Shown here: piece after piece, positions 13,141 to 27,690 of the stretch | How the letters are laid out: each line of letters opens with the position of its first letter | Numbering within the stretch: the stretch's first letter is position 1 | DNA from: Octopus vulgaris | Taxonomy: Eukaryota | NCBI GenBank assembly: GCA_951406725.2 | Contig: OX597822.1 | Span: 22,072,001 to 22,136,000, forward strand | Reading direction: 5' to 3' | DNA length: 64,000 nt | Position numbers and translations under genes: made by a program | Notes under the pieces: model-generated | The model's database searches: none | Seen by the model: only the letters and a program-made list of their open reading frames with translations | What the model was told of the DNA's origin: nothing

Positions 13141-15800
13141 ATGACAAATCTGTCCAATCCATATAGTGAGATAGGTAATAAATTTTGATACTCTTACTAC
13201 TGCTGCTGTTGCTGGCAGTGATGGTGGCAGTGTCAGTGGTGGTGGTGGTGGTGTCATAGAAACTGAAATAGTGTACTAAATATGATAAGATATAGTTTTT
13301 AAATGTCAGTATATTACGTTTATAAAATCTGCAGAAAAAGTGAAACAGAAATTGTACAGAAGTTTATTTGAAGTAAACTGCATGTATAAATACATACATA
13401 AAAGCATATGTGTATATATGTTTCTATGTATACACATACACATGTACTTATCATATGTTCATGTTTGTGTTTATGCTTATATAAGACACATGTGTGTTGT
13501 ATGTTGCAAATGTATGTATTTGAGAAAGTTGTATATATATGCGTGTGTACGGAAAGTGAGAACGAGAAATAGAGAACAAATTTTGTTTACATTTCTTAAA
13601 CATTCAATCCACATATTTTGTGTAACAAATACTTTTTAAATCAATATACTTTTTATTTTTGTATTTAAACTCTTTATGAAACACATTTATAAAATTGAAA
13701 TTCCCTTCTTCCAGTATTAAATAATCTAGACTGTTATGCTATTACATATTCCAGTATTAAAATATTCACTGTTTGTTTCACAATTTCATTCTATTGATTT
13801 TCTTTTGATCACAGAAGACATTGTCCATATTTCAACATTCATTTTCTTTTCTATTATTGTCTACAGAATATATTATTGAAACTTTAACATTGTCTCTCGT
13901 GCATATTATAAATGTGTGTTGGTAAGTTCTTTGTGAATGAAGATTTACATTAAATAAAAGGAACTACTCAACTCCTGTTTCTTTTATTCCAAAGTTTATG
14001 GGAGGAACATACACTTTACAAATTCCAGTTGTTGTCTCTTATAGACTGAACTTTCACATGCTATGTATCAACTACATCCACCACTCCCACTTGCTACAGC
14101 TACTATTGCTTATATAGAAGATTTTGGCTCTTTAAACAAGCAAACTGCATACTATCATTTTTAGAAATCTGTTACACACACATGTACAAATGTGAATTTT
14201 AAAAGTGTATGAATGATAGAGGTAGTAACTGCAGGGTCCTTATTTCACATCTTGTCAAAACTGTTACACTCTGTCCCAAGGTATGGTAGTCAACTCCTCC
14301 TTATTTGAGATGGCTTAATTGCTAATATATTCTACTTCAGTTTCCAGTCCGGCTCCACCAAAACGTCCAGGCAGCTATATATCTGTAACAAATCTAGAAC
14401 TACATCCCTGGCTAGATTTCCTGTTTAGAATGAGAAAACTCCTCAGAGTGGATCAGTTTTTGTTCTCCACAACTTAGGTGCAACACATAGACAGGAAAGT
14501 TTTCCTATGTAACAATGCAGCTGTTAACACTCAAAAACATCTTATACTACTTTAGAAATAACATTGGAATAAACGACAGAAATTCTCTCACCACAGACAA
14601 CAATCACCATGTTAAAGACAACCCTATGTCTTCTCTACCTTTCTTACTATCCCTAATATGACTTCTCTTCTTTAAACATGTAATCTGTCACTACTCATGC
14701 TCAATTCTAACATACTCACTATACAACTCCATTTCATCATGCTTTTTCTCTTTAGATCTGTGTCCATCTCAGAGCCTTGTCCCGACCACATCTTTCCTAC
14801 AGGCATTAACCATTTATAGACCAATTTACTGTATTTACTCTCTGCCTCTTAAATTACTTCTACATTATTTCAACTAACAGCTGTTCATTGAAAATTTGAA
14901 CTAACAGCTATAAGCTACCTCATACTACTTCTCTTTCTTTTGTTTCATCCTTCATCTCCATAGCTATAACTCTCTAGAAATATATCCAAGTACCATCTTT
15001 TTTTTTCCCCTAATGACACTTACCTACAGAAGTTCAAACTGAACATTGACATACCTCACAGTTTGGGAGGGCCTGCAAAGGTTAAAGTATTCACTTCTTC
15101 ATAAACAATACATCATATCTTTTTTAAATGCTTGTATATAAATTTGTAGCCATCCCTCTACATATGGTAGGTTGGGATTCTGAAAGTATATCAACTAGAA
15201 TAAGAGTAATTTTTTTTTATAAGCTAAGTTTCTACTCAGAGTATTCCACCATCATGCAGCAGTTAATTACTTTGTCACTGACACATAAAGATAACTAAAT
15301 TTCTTGTATTCATCTCTTTTACTAAAATTGATTCTATCTCTTAATTCAGTCCCTAGAACTAATTAGCAATTAGAAAATAATTAAAAAATATAAAAAATGG
15401 AATGGGAACCCCAATTTGAGGAACTTTCTTAATTAGGAATGAAGATTTATTCAAAACAAATATTTTAAGGTTGAATGGGAAGCAAACACTCAATACTCAG
15501 CCATATCACAATAAGTTTGTTTTTCAGGTTTTTTTTTCTGCTGGTATGGGTTGGACAGCTATTCATTTGAAGCAGCATTCCAACATTACAATGCTCTTGC
15601 TGTAATCAATTCTTACCTGTTTTACATATAAGGAATTTTTTTAATCTACTACTTTCAGAACACAGAGCTATAAGGCAAAATGTTCACTAAGAACATAAAC
15701 ACAACACTGATTTTTTGCTCAGATAATCTCACTTATGAAACTCACAATATAAAGATGGACAAAATGCTGCTGAGCATTTTCAGCCAGCTTGCTACCTTAA

Positions 15801-16318
15801 CCCATTAACTGCCAAATTTTTTATTCATATATTTTGGCTTTGCCAGGAGTCTTGGGAGTTAAAAATAATATATAGTATTTAAATTTTCTTCATATGTGAA
15901 TTATTTTGGAAATCATTTTAAATTTTTCGAAAAATCCCAAATGACAACTACTGAAAAAAGAGCACATTTATCCTTTTCTATTCAGTTGCAATAATAAACA
16001 TTTTAGTTGTTTTTTTTTTAAACTATAGTATCAAATATGAATGTGTATGAAATATCAATGAATGATATAGATAGAAAATGCAAAAGAAAAGTTTTCAAAA
16101 CAGTCGATTTTTTTTTTGTTCAAAAATTACAATTTATTATATAAAATGTCCTCTAGAATTAGACAGAGCTAATAAGGACAAACTTTAACTTCTAAATATT
16201 GTTAAACACACCTCCACAAAGGTAATGTACATAAGCAATTCACTTTAGATACAACAAACAACCTGTAGTGAGACTGTTTTTAGCAGATCTCCAAACGGGG
16301 CTCTTGGCAGGCAATGGG
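15801..16318. mobile_element. Non-autonomous piggyBac-like element
   Basis: TTAA on both sides (15797-15800 and 16319-16322). TIRs CCCATTAACTGCCAA / TTGGCAGGCAATGGG match at 13/15. CCC...GGG termini with a TTAA TSD are typical of piggyBac. Confidence 0.78.
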
Positions 16319-17212
16319 TTAATAATGATAATCCTTTCTACTATAGGCACAAGAACTGAAATTTTGTAGGAGGGAAATAAGTCAATTACATTGACCCCAG
16401 TGCATAGCTGGTACTTAGTTTATCAATCCCAAAAGGATGAAAGGCAAAGTCGACCTCAGCAGAATTTGAGTTCAGAACATAAAGTTGGATGAAATGCCGC
16501 TTAGCATTTCGCCCTGCATACTAATGATTCTGCCAGGTTGCCACTATTGCTGCCTTAATAATGATAATAATAATCATGCAGTACCAGGAAGTAGCTCACC
16601 TGGCTTCTGATATTAACTGATTGGAAGTGTAATCATGCACATATTTTGTCTTGGTGTAAAAGATGGGCTACAGCAATATATTCTACTTACTACCATAGTT
16701 TTGCTCGTCGAATGGTTGACCTTAACCAGGTAAGCATGTCCTTTGCTGGCTGAAGATATGTGCATCTCTGATTATGAGCAGGAGTAGTGAGGGAGCATTG
16801 TAGCCATGTATTGAAAGGTATTTGGGGAGGTTTGAATAATTCACCTCTGCAAACATGGGTGTTTTGTTCATCATCCTTAAAGAAACCTTATTCAGGGACC
16901 TTTTGGGTGGGGTGGCCTACTCAACCTGAAAATAATTCTAACTGGGCCCCACTGTCTAGCTTGATATGAAATCATCGTGTCATGCACACATGGTTGTGAT
17001 GCATGTGCCTAGTGTACCCTTATCAGACGGGTAGTCATGATGGGTATACTGGGGTTCATATATTTGTACTCCAGTACCACTTTTATGGCATGCATTGCTC
17101 TCTCACTTGATGATAAGTCAACCTCGCCAAAATTTGAACTCAGAATGTAAAGACGGATGAAATACCACTAAGCATTTTGCCCAGCATGCTAATAATCTGC
17201 CAGCTCACTGCC

Positions 17213-17456
<244 letters not shown>

Positions 17457-17457
17457 C

Positions 17458-18570
17458 ATTGTTATATTTCGGAATGGTAATTTTGCCAGTTTAGCCAATA
17501 AAAACACACGCACTATATATTTGGTGTTACTTTGCTTCAGTGTTATTTATTTTTTACATTAATCTTAATCTTATTTCAGCCAGAGTTCTTTCGTCACACT
17601 CCTGTGACCGCATCAGTGGTCCTTTGTTTTCTTCTTTCTTATTTGTGTCTCTCCTTACTAACCATCAGCCATTTTGTATTTCTATTGTATGTCTTCATTT
17701 GCGCATGCGTATAACTCTATGTGCGTCTATGTTTATTTAGTGTGTGTATGTGGGGGGATGCCTGTAATATTTGTATCTTCTGTTTATATACGTTCATGTA
17801 ATTTGTTTTTGTTGTTGTTGTTTTTGTTTATTCTTATTTTGTTCATGTGTTTACATCCAGACAAATTACAGAAGCTACACACATAATAGAAAATAAACCT
17901 AGACTGAATAGAAAACTAGAATGGAACATTAACACACACCACAACATATGATGGTAGAGGATCCCAAAAACATAATAAATACACAGATAAATAAACAAAT
18001 AGAAATAAATAACTATATTATTTTTTTTTTGCGATTTATTATTATTATTACTAGTATTGTTGTTATACATACATACATACATACATACAAGCATATGTAA
18101 TGATAATAATAAGTGGATATAAACACATGAACAAATAAGAATAAACAAAAACAACAACAACAAAAACAAATTACATGAACGTATATAAACAGAAGATACA
18201 AATATTACAGCCATCCCCCCACAAACACACACTAAATAAACATAGACGCACATAGAGATATAAGCATGCGCAAATGAAGACATACAATAGAAATACAAAA
18301 TGGCTGACGGTTAGTGAGGAGAGACACAAATAAGAAAGAAGAAAACAAAGGACCACTGATGCGGTCACAGGAGTGTGACAAAAGAACTCAGGCAGAAATA
18401 AGATTAAGATTAATGTAAAAAATAAATAACACTGAAGCAAAGTAACACCAAATATATAGTGCGTGTGTTCTTATTGGCTAAACTGGCAAAATGACCATTC
18501 CAAAATATAACAATATCTGTTTCAACACACGACTTCACATAAAAAATCTTGCACAACAAATATATAAACG
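17458..18570 (+). mobile_element. 5'-truncated Penelope-like element: GIY-YIG C-terminus plus pseudo-LTR, preceded by an inverted pseudo-LTR copy
   Basis: 17458-17859 and 18114-18514 are inverted copies (about 13 substitutions and 1 indel by eye). The spacer 17859-17951 encodes RQITEATHIIENKPRLNRKLEW...*, the PLE endonuclease tail pattern (R.I.EA..I....P.LNR). Each arm has a hammerhead-like motif. The element sits in (TAA)n. Confidence 0.85.
17580..17619 (-). ncRNA. Minimal type-I hammerhead-like motif with a variant core, in a PLE pseudo-LTR
   Basis: Minus strand reads CCA-CUGAUGCG-GUCACA(GGAG)UGUGAC-GAAA-GAAC-UC-UGG. Stem II is 6 bp, stem I 3 bp and stem III very short. The mirror copy at 18353-18392 (+) has GAAA changed to AAAA. 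Confidence 0.65.
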
Positions 18571-18575
18571 TAGTA

Positions 18576-18625
<50 letters not shown>

Positions 18626-19496
18626 TGTTAGTTTATTTGCTAAAGTACACTAATTACATGAATACAACATAAAATCACAATCAGTATGTTACAGTAAAGA
18701 AAGCATAAGTATACCTCAAAATAGGAGAACTCTATAGGTACACTGATGTACCTCATATGTCTCTGACTGGTTTCTTCATAAAGATAATTGCCTTCTCCTT
18801 GATGTTTTTCTACAATTGAAAATTTAGTAGTAAAGTGGGTGCTAGCATACTTTATATAAGCTAGGACATTTAAATTTATTATAATTATTCACATAATGAT
18901 GAGAACAATATTTTTTTATATATAAATTACTAACTCTGGTTAAAAACAATCTCCTGAAATTTGAATTAAGAAAAATTAATAATAAGAAATGAAACAAATG
19001 TGTGTGTGTGTGTGTGTAAATTACAAATTAAAAGCAGCTCTAGTAATGTAAACACTATTGATCACACATACACAGTGCATGTGTTTTGTTTATATGTCAA
19101 ATTTGCAGTGGAATACCATCTGGGATAGCTCTATATAATGCACAGTGCTAAAGAACACCTGAATGTAATGTCATAGACTAAGCAAGACAATTCGCCCTGG
19201 ATTGAATCCAAGAATGATAGACACTGATATTTCACCATTATTGTGGCTTATCAATACCACACACTTGGATCAAACCAAAATGAATTGAATTTATATTGAA
19301 TATATACATATAAATATGATCTTTTAACAGGAATAGTATTGAAGGTGGTGGGAACTTCAATGTTTCTGCCTATTGTTTGTATTATAATTCACCATAAAAA
19401 CAAACGTTTGATTTGGCTCCATGCAACTTCAAGTTTTGGAGTCCTTTAACAGAAATCCATCTCTTTCAGGCTTAGTTTACTGAATATATAAATGTA

Positions 19497-19726
19497 GGCG
19501 GCAAGCTGGCAGAAACGTTAGTGCGCCGGGAGAAATGCTTAGCGGTATTTCGTCTGCTGTTACTTTCTGAGTTCAAATTCCACCGAGGTCGTCTTTGCCT
19601 TTCATCCTTTCGGGGTCGATAAATTAAGTCCCAGTTACGCACTGGGGTCGATCTAATCGACTTAATCCCTTTGTCTGTCCTTGTTTGTCCCCTCTATGTT
19701 TAGTCCCTTGTGGGCAATAAAGAAAT
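19497..19726 (+). mobile_element. tRNA-derived SINE, GGCGGCGAGCTGGCAGAA family
   Basis: A-box-like AGCTGGCAGAA and B-box GAGTTCAAATTCC. Further copies at about 1-157(-), 215-300(+), 11510-12180(+, x3), 16330-16555(-), 27715-27922(-), 32215-32410(-), 41265-41495(-), 43578-43985(+, dimer) and 45215-46020(+, x4). Confidence 0.9.
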
Positions 19727-20469
19727 ATATATGTGTGTGTGTGTGTGCAATATAATATAAATTTTATAGATATAGCATATGATATTTGTATTTAAATATA
19801 AAACCATATCAAAAGTGCATAGAGAAAACTTCAGCTTTTACTAAGACGTCTCTAGTATGCTCTGCTGTTTAAATCATAAGCATTAGTAGGACACGTAACA
19901 TGATGCCTCCCATTTCTTGATAACTATCAGTTGAAAGATTTATCAAAGTTTACCATAATACTCAAACCAAAAGTCTTCTGAAAGTGTCCACACTCTGTAT
20001 GATCATCGAATTCTCAAGGCACTCTATAAATCATCATTGTTCCTGGTTACCAAAACAGTTTCATAGGATGTGAGGGTTATTTCTCTGGTGAATTTCAATT
20101 GTTCCTGATTAAGACACTAAGGCAGCAATTTATTGACTCCAGAGAAATGCAAAGCCATTTGAATATGTTGTAAACAACTGGCATTTTCTCGGATGCTCTA
20201 ACAATTCTGCCAAGTCACTCTACTGCCCTGCTGGATTGTAACAGCAACACAAATATCTGTACAATCTATGATCGATTATCTCTATGGATTGTTAATGTGT
20301 TCCACCTGATCAGTAGTTGGTGATGATGATACTGGATGAAGTGTGCTGAGGTTGATGATGATGATAATATTTATGACAATGAATACCACCACCACTACTA
20401 CTACAACTAGTAATTTTTTATTCTTACATATGTATTTTATTTTAAAATTGTCTTTCTCTATCATTACAG

Positions 20470-20583
20470 TGGTTTGGAAATTTGGTTACTTTAAAATGGT
20501 GGGATGATCTTTGGCTGAATGAAGGATTTGCCACTTTTATGCAGTGGATTGGAGTAAAAGCTGTTGAACCAGATTTTGACACT
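20470..20583 (+). CDS. Internal exon of an M1-family zinc aminopeptidase (aminopeptidase A/N/ERAP-like), carrying the third zinc-ligand Glu
   Basis: Pyrimidine tract and cattacAG acceptor, then 114 nt translating to WFGNLVTLKWWDDLWLNEGFATFMQWIGVKAVEPDFDT, then a GTAAGT donor. WFGNLVT...WLNEGFA is the segment directly after HEXXH in the M1 HEXXH-X18-E motif. Phase 0 at both ends. Confidence 0.96.
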
Positions 20584-22597
20584 GTAAGTATATTCTTGTT
20601 GTTGCCTTTGTTACAATTATTAAAATGAGACAATGTGTCAGAAATTAAGAGTGATTCAAACTTAAATCTCTTTGAGTATCTAGTTACATCTTTTGCTGTT
20701 TTAATGGTTTCTCTCATTCCAATGTGTAAAAGCAATGAATATAAAAATTAAAAGGAGGATAACTCCAAATAAGAGGTAATGCTGAACATGACAACTCGGC
20801 CATCCTACATCAGTAGAGAAAATGGATGTGGAACAATGAATATAATGACAATAAATTTTGGAAGACAGATGTAGATGACCATGATTTTGGCAGCAAAATC
20901 TTTTTTCACTTCTTTTTCACTGCCTTTGTCCATTTAGCAACAAATAGACTACATGGCAATGCTCACTGCTGGAAACAGAGAATACACACTAATTTATTGA
21001 AAATGCCAAGAAAAAGGAACAATTTACAGTTTCTGGTTCAATACCTGAGTTTATTGATCCCAGACATTTCTCTTAAGTTATGGTCAAATGTCAGTTTAAT
21101 GACAAAATTCAATATTTTACTAAATTAATTCATTTAGTATTTTATTATTTTCATTAATTGAAACACCAATACTAGTATTTTCACCTTTATTCAGAATGTC
21201 CAGGGTATTTATCATTTAAGAGATAAAATCAGGTTGAAATGCCGTCTGATGATCTACTGATGTTTTGAACAAAGCACCGTGTTTTAAACATACAAGTCTC
21301 TTTGAGAAGTTTTTTCTGAGACAAAACATAACAGCCTGTACTGTGCCATATTTTATTCTTTTATTCTTTCAGTCATTTGACTGCAGCCATGCTGGAGCAC
21401 TGTCTTGAAGAGGTTTTAGTCAAACAAGTCAACTGCAGAACTTATTTCTTAAGCCTAGTACTTTTTCTATCAGTCTCTTTTACTGAACCACCAAGTTACA
21501 GAGACATAAACACACCAACACTGGTTGTCAAACAGTGATGGAGATATAAACACTGACACAAAGACACACACAGATAGATATATACATGTGTGTGTGTACA
21601 AGGCTATAGTAGGAGATACTTCCCTAAGGTGCCACACAGTGGAGCTGAATCCAGAAACATGTGGTTGGGAAGCAAGCTCCTTACCACATAGTCATGCCTC
21701 TATACACAGTTTAAATGTTACACCAATACTTTAACCTAATAAAACATGTGGAAATTGTTTCGTCAGAAATATGGTCACAAAAGTGTTAAGTGAGCTTCTG
21801 AAAAAACACAACAAAACACGTGTGCTGGGTTTCAGCTTAAAGTATTTCAGCTTATAAGCAAATACCATAACCAATCAGCTTTGTTCACATCACCTTGTAA
21901 TTATATTTCACTCTCATTTTAACTGTGAGTGAAAGCGATCATGTTGGAGCATTGCTTTGAATGATTTTAGTCAATTTTTTCAACCCCATTATTTGCTTGG
22001 CATTTATTTCATCAATCTTTTTTTATTAAATGATTGAATCTTTCTGAAAGCTGTAATGCAGCGTACTATATACAATAAGTTTCTGTTCAATCCACCAATA
22101 TAATGGTTATTATAAGATGGAATGTTCATAGTAGAAAAACCTTTGATGGTATGCCTGCTGGATCTGGGCTGACCTGGAGGCTGAACAACAGCATCAACAC
22201 CAACAAACAATGTCATCATCAAAAACAGTAACATCTTTGAACATTAATCTCATAATTATAATCCATTATTCATGAAGCCTTGATTTCATTCTCTGCTTGC
22301 TCAAGTTTGATTTGTTGGTTCTCTGAAGATGTTTACCAATTGTAATCTCTTTCATTGCAGTACTACTGACTACATCATTCCTAACATAGAATAGATTCCT
22401 ATGGTAAAAGGAAAAAACGAATATTTCCTTCATTGTGTTTATAATAGATTATAGTGGGTCCCTGGCAATCCCCAGCAGTGAGCTGTGTATTGCTACATAA
22501 TTTAAATGTTGTTAAATGGATAAAGTTCGAGAGGATATAAATTATGCTGTAAAAAATATGGTCAGCTACAACTGTCTTCCAAAGTTTAAGATACCTC

Positions 22598-22915
22598 GAC
22601 TACTAACCACTACCACCACCACCACTAACCAACCACCACCATCGCTACCACCACAAACCACCACCATCGCTACCACCACTAACCACCAAAATTAACCACC
22701 ATCACCAACACTGATCCCTACCACCACCACTAACCAGCACTACCACTACATGCTACCATCACTAACCACCACCACTTATCACCACTAATCAATTCTACCA
22801 CCATTAACCATCACCTCTAACTCCTACCACAACCAACATCTCCACTACCACCACCACCACTCTTAACCTTCATCACCTACAAGAACAACCACAAACACCA
22901 TCAACCACCGGTAGC
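22598..22915 (+). repeat. Degenerate (ACC)n/(ACT)n low-complexity tract
   Basis: Repeated ACTACCACCACC/ACTAACCACC units. Confidence 0.9.
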
Positions 22916-23788
22916 ACTACGACTATTGTCATTGTCATCATTTTACATGCTGCTTTCCATGTTTTCATAGGTTTGACTAGCGAGTTGTCATGAGTAAATC
23001 TATCTCATATTTAGAGTTATTGTCCTACTTAATAAGTCACAGCATCATGTTTCATGTGAATACTATTTTGACTTGGATTCTATGGTTGGGTGCCATTTTC
23101 ATCTCCAACCACTTTACAGACTGTACTAGGTGCATTTTATCATGGCACCAGCATTAGAGAAGTTGTCACATCCTCAGAAAATCCAAACTAATGCTCCTCT
23201 TGACACTACATTGTCTCCAGTCACTCAATGGCCACTAGACGTATTGTGCTGAGGCCATTATATCATGGCACCAGTACTAGTACCAAGGCCCTATACTCTA
23301 TGAAAGAAAGGAAAGCCTAATAGCTCTATATTGTCTCCTTTATAAAGAGCAATGTGATTAATAGAGTCAGTAGAAGAGACAGAGGTTGTGGACATAAAAC
23401 TAAGATGAAAGCATGAATGGAGTGAGAGAGAGGAGAGAATAGATGCTTGGGGTGACAATTGGAAGAGGAGAGAGGAAAGAGGAAGAGATTAAAAGAAGTA
23501 GAAACTGTATTGGTAATAAGCTAGCTATGTTTATGTGTCTTCGATTTAGCTGTACAAGTTCACATATGCATTGATACAGGGGTGGAGAATGGGATGAAAA
23601 TTAAACCCGAGAAGTGTATATTTAAGAGGAACAATAATTGAACCTAAGAAATGTATGTGGCTCTGAGTTAGTGTAACTCTTACCTTTAACAAAAGCTGTG
23701 CTAGTCAGTACCCTCTGTCATTTTTGTGATCTCTACTAAGTTTGCCTTTAGGTTCTAATTGCTAATAAGCCAGCCATTTTGTATATGT

Positions 23789-23837
<49 letters not shown>

Positions 23838-26675
23838 TACACACACACACATATATATACATATATACACACACACACATATATATACATATATACACAC
23901 ACACACATATATACACACACATATATGTACATATATACACACACACACATATATATACATATATATACTGTGTTATCTTCACTTGTGTTTAAGAAGGAAA
24001 GAATTATTATTATAATGAATGAGATCATTAAGATCATTAATTATGGTTATTAACATAATGAAATATAAATAATGATCAATTTAGAGAAGAAAAATTTCTC
24101 TCATTACCTCACTAGGTAATTCTGATCAACAATTTTATCAGCAAAGAGTGTGTACAAGGCTCCTTGCCAACTATTCTCTCTGCAAAGTGGTTGGATAATG
24201 AGTAGAGAATGTATAGGATTATGATATCCCTTTAATCCTGAGAGACCCATTCAATGTCTTTTGTAATGGTGCTATGAGAAAATACATCCAGTACACTCTG
24301 TAAAGTGGTTGGTGATAGGAAGGGCATTTAGCTTTTGAAATAGGGCCAAAATAACATATTCGATTACCTGTTTATGGGAGTCTTATCTCCCAGTGCAAGG
24401 CAACTTGGACTGTGATGACCTGTCCAACCCATGCCAACATGGAAAATACTTGTAAAATGATGATGACGATTATTGTTGATGTTGTTGCTGTTGTTGTTGT
24501 TTCCTGCTTTCATAAGCGTAGCAAGTGGGAGACAAGGTAGGAGCAGCCACTTCTAGGTACTTGTGTAAAGGTACACCAAATTTTCACTGCCCTGACTATT
24601 AAGAGAGAACACCAAAACCATCCCTCCACCCCAAATATACAAAACCGTTTCTATGCTTGTCTGCAATTCACATTAAAACGGCATTCTGGAGGTTGCATCT
24701 TGACTTTGATAGAATATTGTTTCAAGCTGCAAAGAGGAGTGATGAAAGCTGATGCAATTTCATTAACATGTAGTTAGCCCCAGGTCAACTCTGGTCAAAC
24801 AGTTGTATGATCATAAGCATTTTGGTTATGAACATCTTGTCTGTTTAGAAGTATCTATAATGACATCTAATATGTCCTTTCCTATTTAAGGCAGCAAGAT
24901 GTGATTTGAAAAAGATTTGGCTGCTATTTCTAGCAACTTGAGCAGCCCAATAGAGGCTTCCTCATTGTTTATGTTATGATATGAAGTGAAAACAAATGAG
25001 AAATATAATTAAAGACATGTGAATAAAGCTGGTTGGTTAGCACACTTGACTATAAGCAGAAATGTTTTAAGCTGAAACCCAGAGCAGCTGTTTTGTTTTG
25101 TCTTTGAGAAGTTCACTGAACTCTTTCATAACCATATTTATCATGAAATGCATTCCTATTGAATTGCAACTGATACTAAAAATAATCAAAAGTTATGAAG
25201 AATCAAGTAAAAGAACTAATTTTGTCATTATTAACCTGATGTTTTGAACATTACTTACGAAAAATGTTCCTACATAAAATTATGATACAAGGCTTTTATT
25301 TAAACAGAAAGCACTTTAAATGGATTAGTTTTGAGTCATAGAATAAAGGACAGTCACAGTAAAAGAGTTGATTCATTCACTTTCATTTCAATTCACTAAG
25401 CTATTTGTAAGAAGTTACCAGATTGCCAAGGCAAAAGTTATCTGATATAAAAGAGCTGCTTTTCCAGGGGAACATTTTGCCTTTCATATAATGGCCTTCT
25501 TAATTTCGAGTCCTGTAAAATATATCTAACAATATAATTGATACTTAAAACAATTCTAGTGTGAAAGTTTAATCATCATCATCATCATCATCATCACCAC
25601 TACTGTCTTTGTCATCATCATTACCATCATCACCATGGTTGTTCATTTTGTAAGTCCAATAAAACACTTGACATATAAATATCATAAGTTTAGTAAACTT
25701 AGCAGACTTTGAATTGATGATTTGTAGGTAAATAGCACATTGCCAGCATGGAAATAAATAATAAAAATGCCAACCATTCATTGAGGTAAATAAATGAAAA
25801 AAACATCCACTTAAATCTGGAATGTCTTACAAATTAGACTTATTACAGTTATATTGTAAATGATGTTTTCTATCTGGATCCATATAAAATCACAATGAGA
25901 ATGACTTATAGCTAGACAAAAATAGAGTTTGATATATTTTTTGTAAATACATCAATTTTTATTCTTTTAAGTGCCACCATTTTGAAACTGAATTGTATTG
26001 GTTTCTCTTACAGAGCTAGAATATTGTATATCTGTATATTAGAGTCTGTCTGATTCCAGGAACAGTATTTGAAATTCAACTGAGCTTGTTAGAGGATTTT
26101 GTTAAATCTTGTTCTGAGAAAAGGCACTTAATTTATTAAATTTATCTATAGTAATATAGAGAAGCTTTGGAATGGATAGCAAAACTTCTGTGCTAGGTTT
26201 TGTGAAAGTTGTATTTCTTTGATCATATTTTACAAAATATTAACTGAAAACCGTTATTATTCTGACCAGACTGAAATCTTGTGATATATGTTTTCTAAAA
26301 AAGCAAAATTGTTTCTAACCACTGTTTCAATATCGAGTTCCAATATAGTGTGAAAATAACTGTTTTAAATTGATTTCATGAAATAAAACTACGGTATATG
26401 TTATGGTTTTGTGCAATAAGGGAAAAAAATGCAATAAAAAGGAAAAATAAATATTTATTAACAATCTAAAGTCAGTGTATATCAGTTAATTGAAAATAAT
26501 AATGTTAGACTATATATAGTCAATGTGTCATATTCATATTTATAAAATTGATTTTCTTTTTACAATTTTCTTATTTCCTCACAAATTTTTATTTATATCT
26601 TTACTAATGAAAACAAACTGAGTATCACCATTGAGTTTCAATATCTGAATATTAACTCAAAATGTTAATATCAAG

Positions 26676-26755
<80 letters not shown>

Positions 26756-26789
26756 CATATATGTATATGTAGCTATACATCTGTGTGTG

Positions 26790-26825
<36 letters not shown>

Positions 26826-27335
26826 TTACTGTTTATGAAAGCAAAAAATTTCTATTTGTCCAACTTGATAATTTTGTGGAATCGTTAACAAAACAAAACA
26901 AAAAAAAAAATACAAGAAAAAACTATATATATGGAAATAAAATAAATGTAAGTAAAACAAAAACCTAGCTGGAAATGTCTTTGTCTCCAACTGAGAAAAT
27001 GTGATCAGTAAAAGAAAGATAAATGATTGTAGTAGTTTTTATTACAAAAAAGATAAGAGGAGAGACTTATTATCTTGAGGGTCCTTTAGATTGGATCAAT
27101 GTAACAAGTCTGTATATGCGTGGAGAGAAAAATATTTGATTGAATTTCATCAGTATATGACAGGTATGTAAATATACCAGTATTAGAATAATAAAAAATC
27201 AGAGATAACCCTGGTTGTTACTGAACACAGAATGTCCAATGGTATCTTTACTTTGTCCTTTGAGAATAATTGATTCATATAATAATAATAATAATAATGA
27301 TAATAGTAATAATAATAATAATAATGATAATAATG

Positions 27336-27386
<51 letters not shown>

Positions 27387-27487
27387 TAATGATAATAATA
27401 ATAATAATAATAATGATAATAGTAATAATAATAATAATGATAATAGTAATAATAATAATAATAATAATGATAATAGTAATAATAATA

Positions 27488-27543
<56 letters not shown>

Positions 27544-27546
<3 letters not shown>

Positions 27547-27690
27547 GCACACATCCTGCACACATCCTACGCAGAACACTTTCCATACAATAACCATCAG
27601 AGCATCACAACAAATCACAGCACATACCCAAGGCACACAGAGCTGCGCTCGGTAGTGAAGTGAAAGCACAATATAAAAATAAAACTACTG
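27544..27690 (+). mobile_element. R4/Dong-like 3' terminus embedded in (TAA)n
   Basis: TAHILRRTLSIQ* (typical ending G.AHILR..L) followed by a ~100-nt 3' UTR and then (AAT)n. It directly follows a ~265-bp (TAA)n array. Confidence 0.7.
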
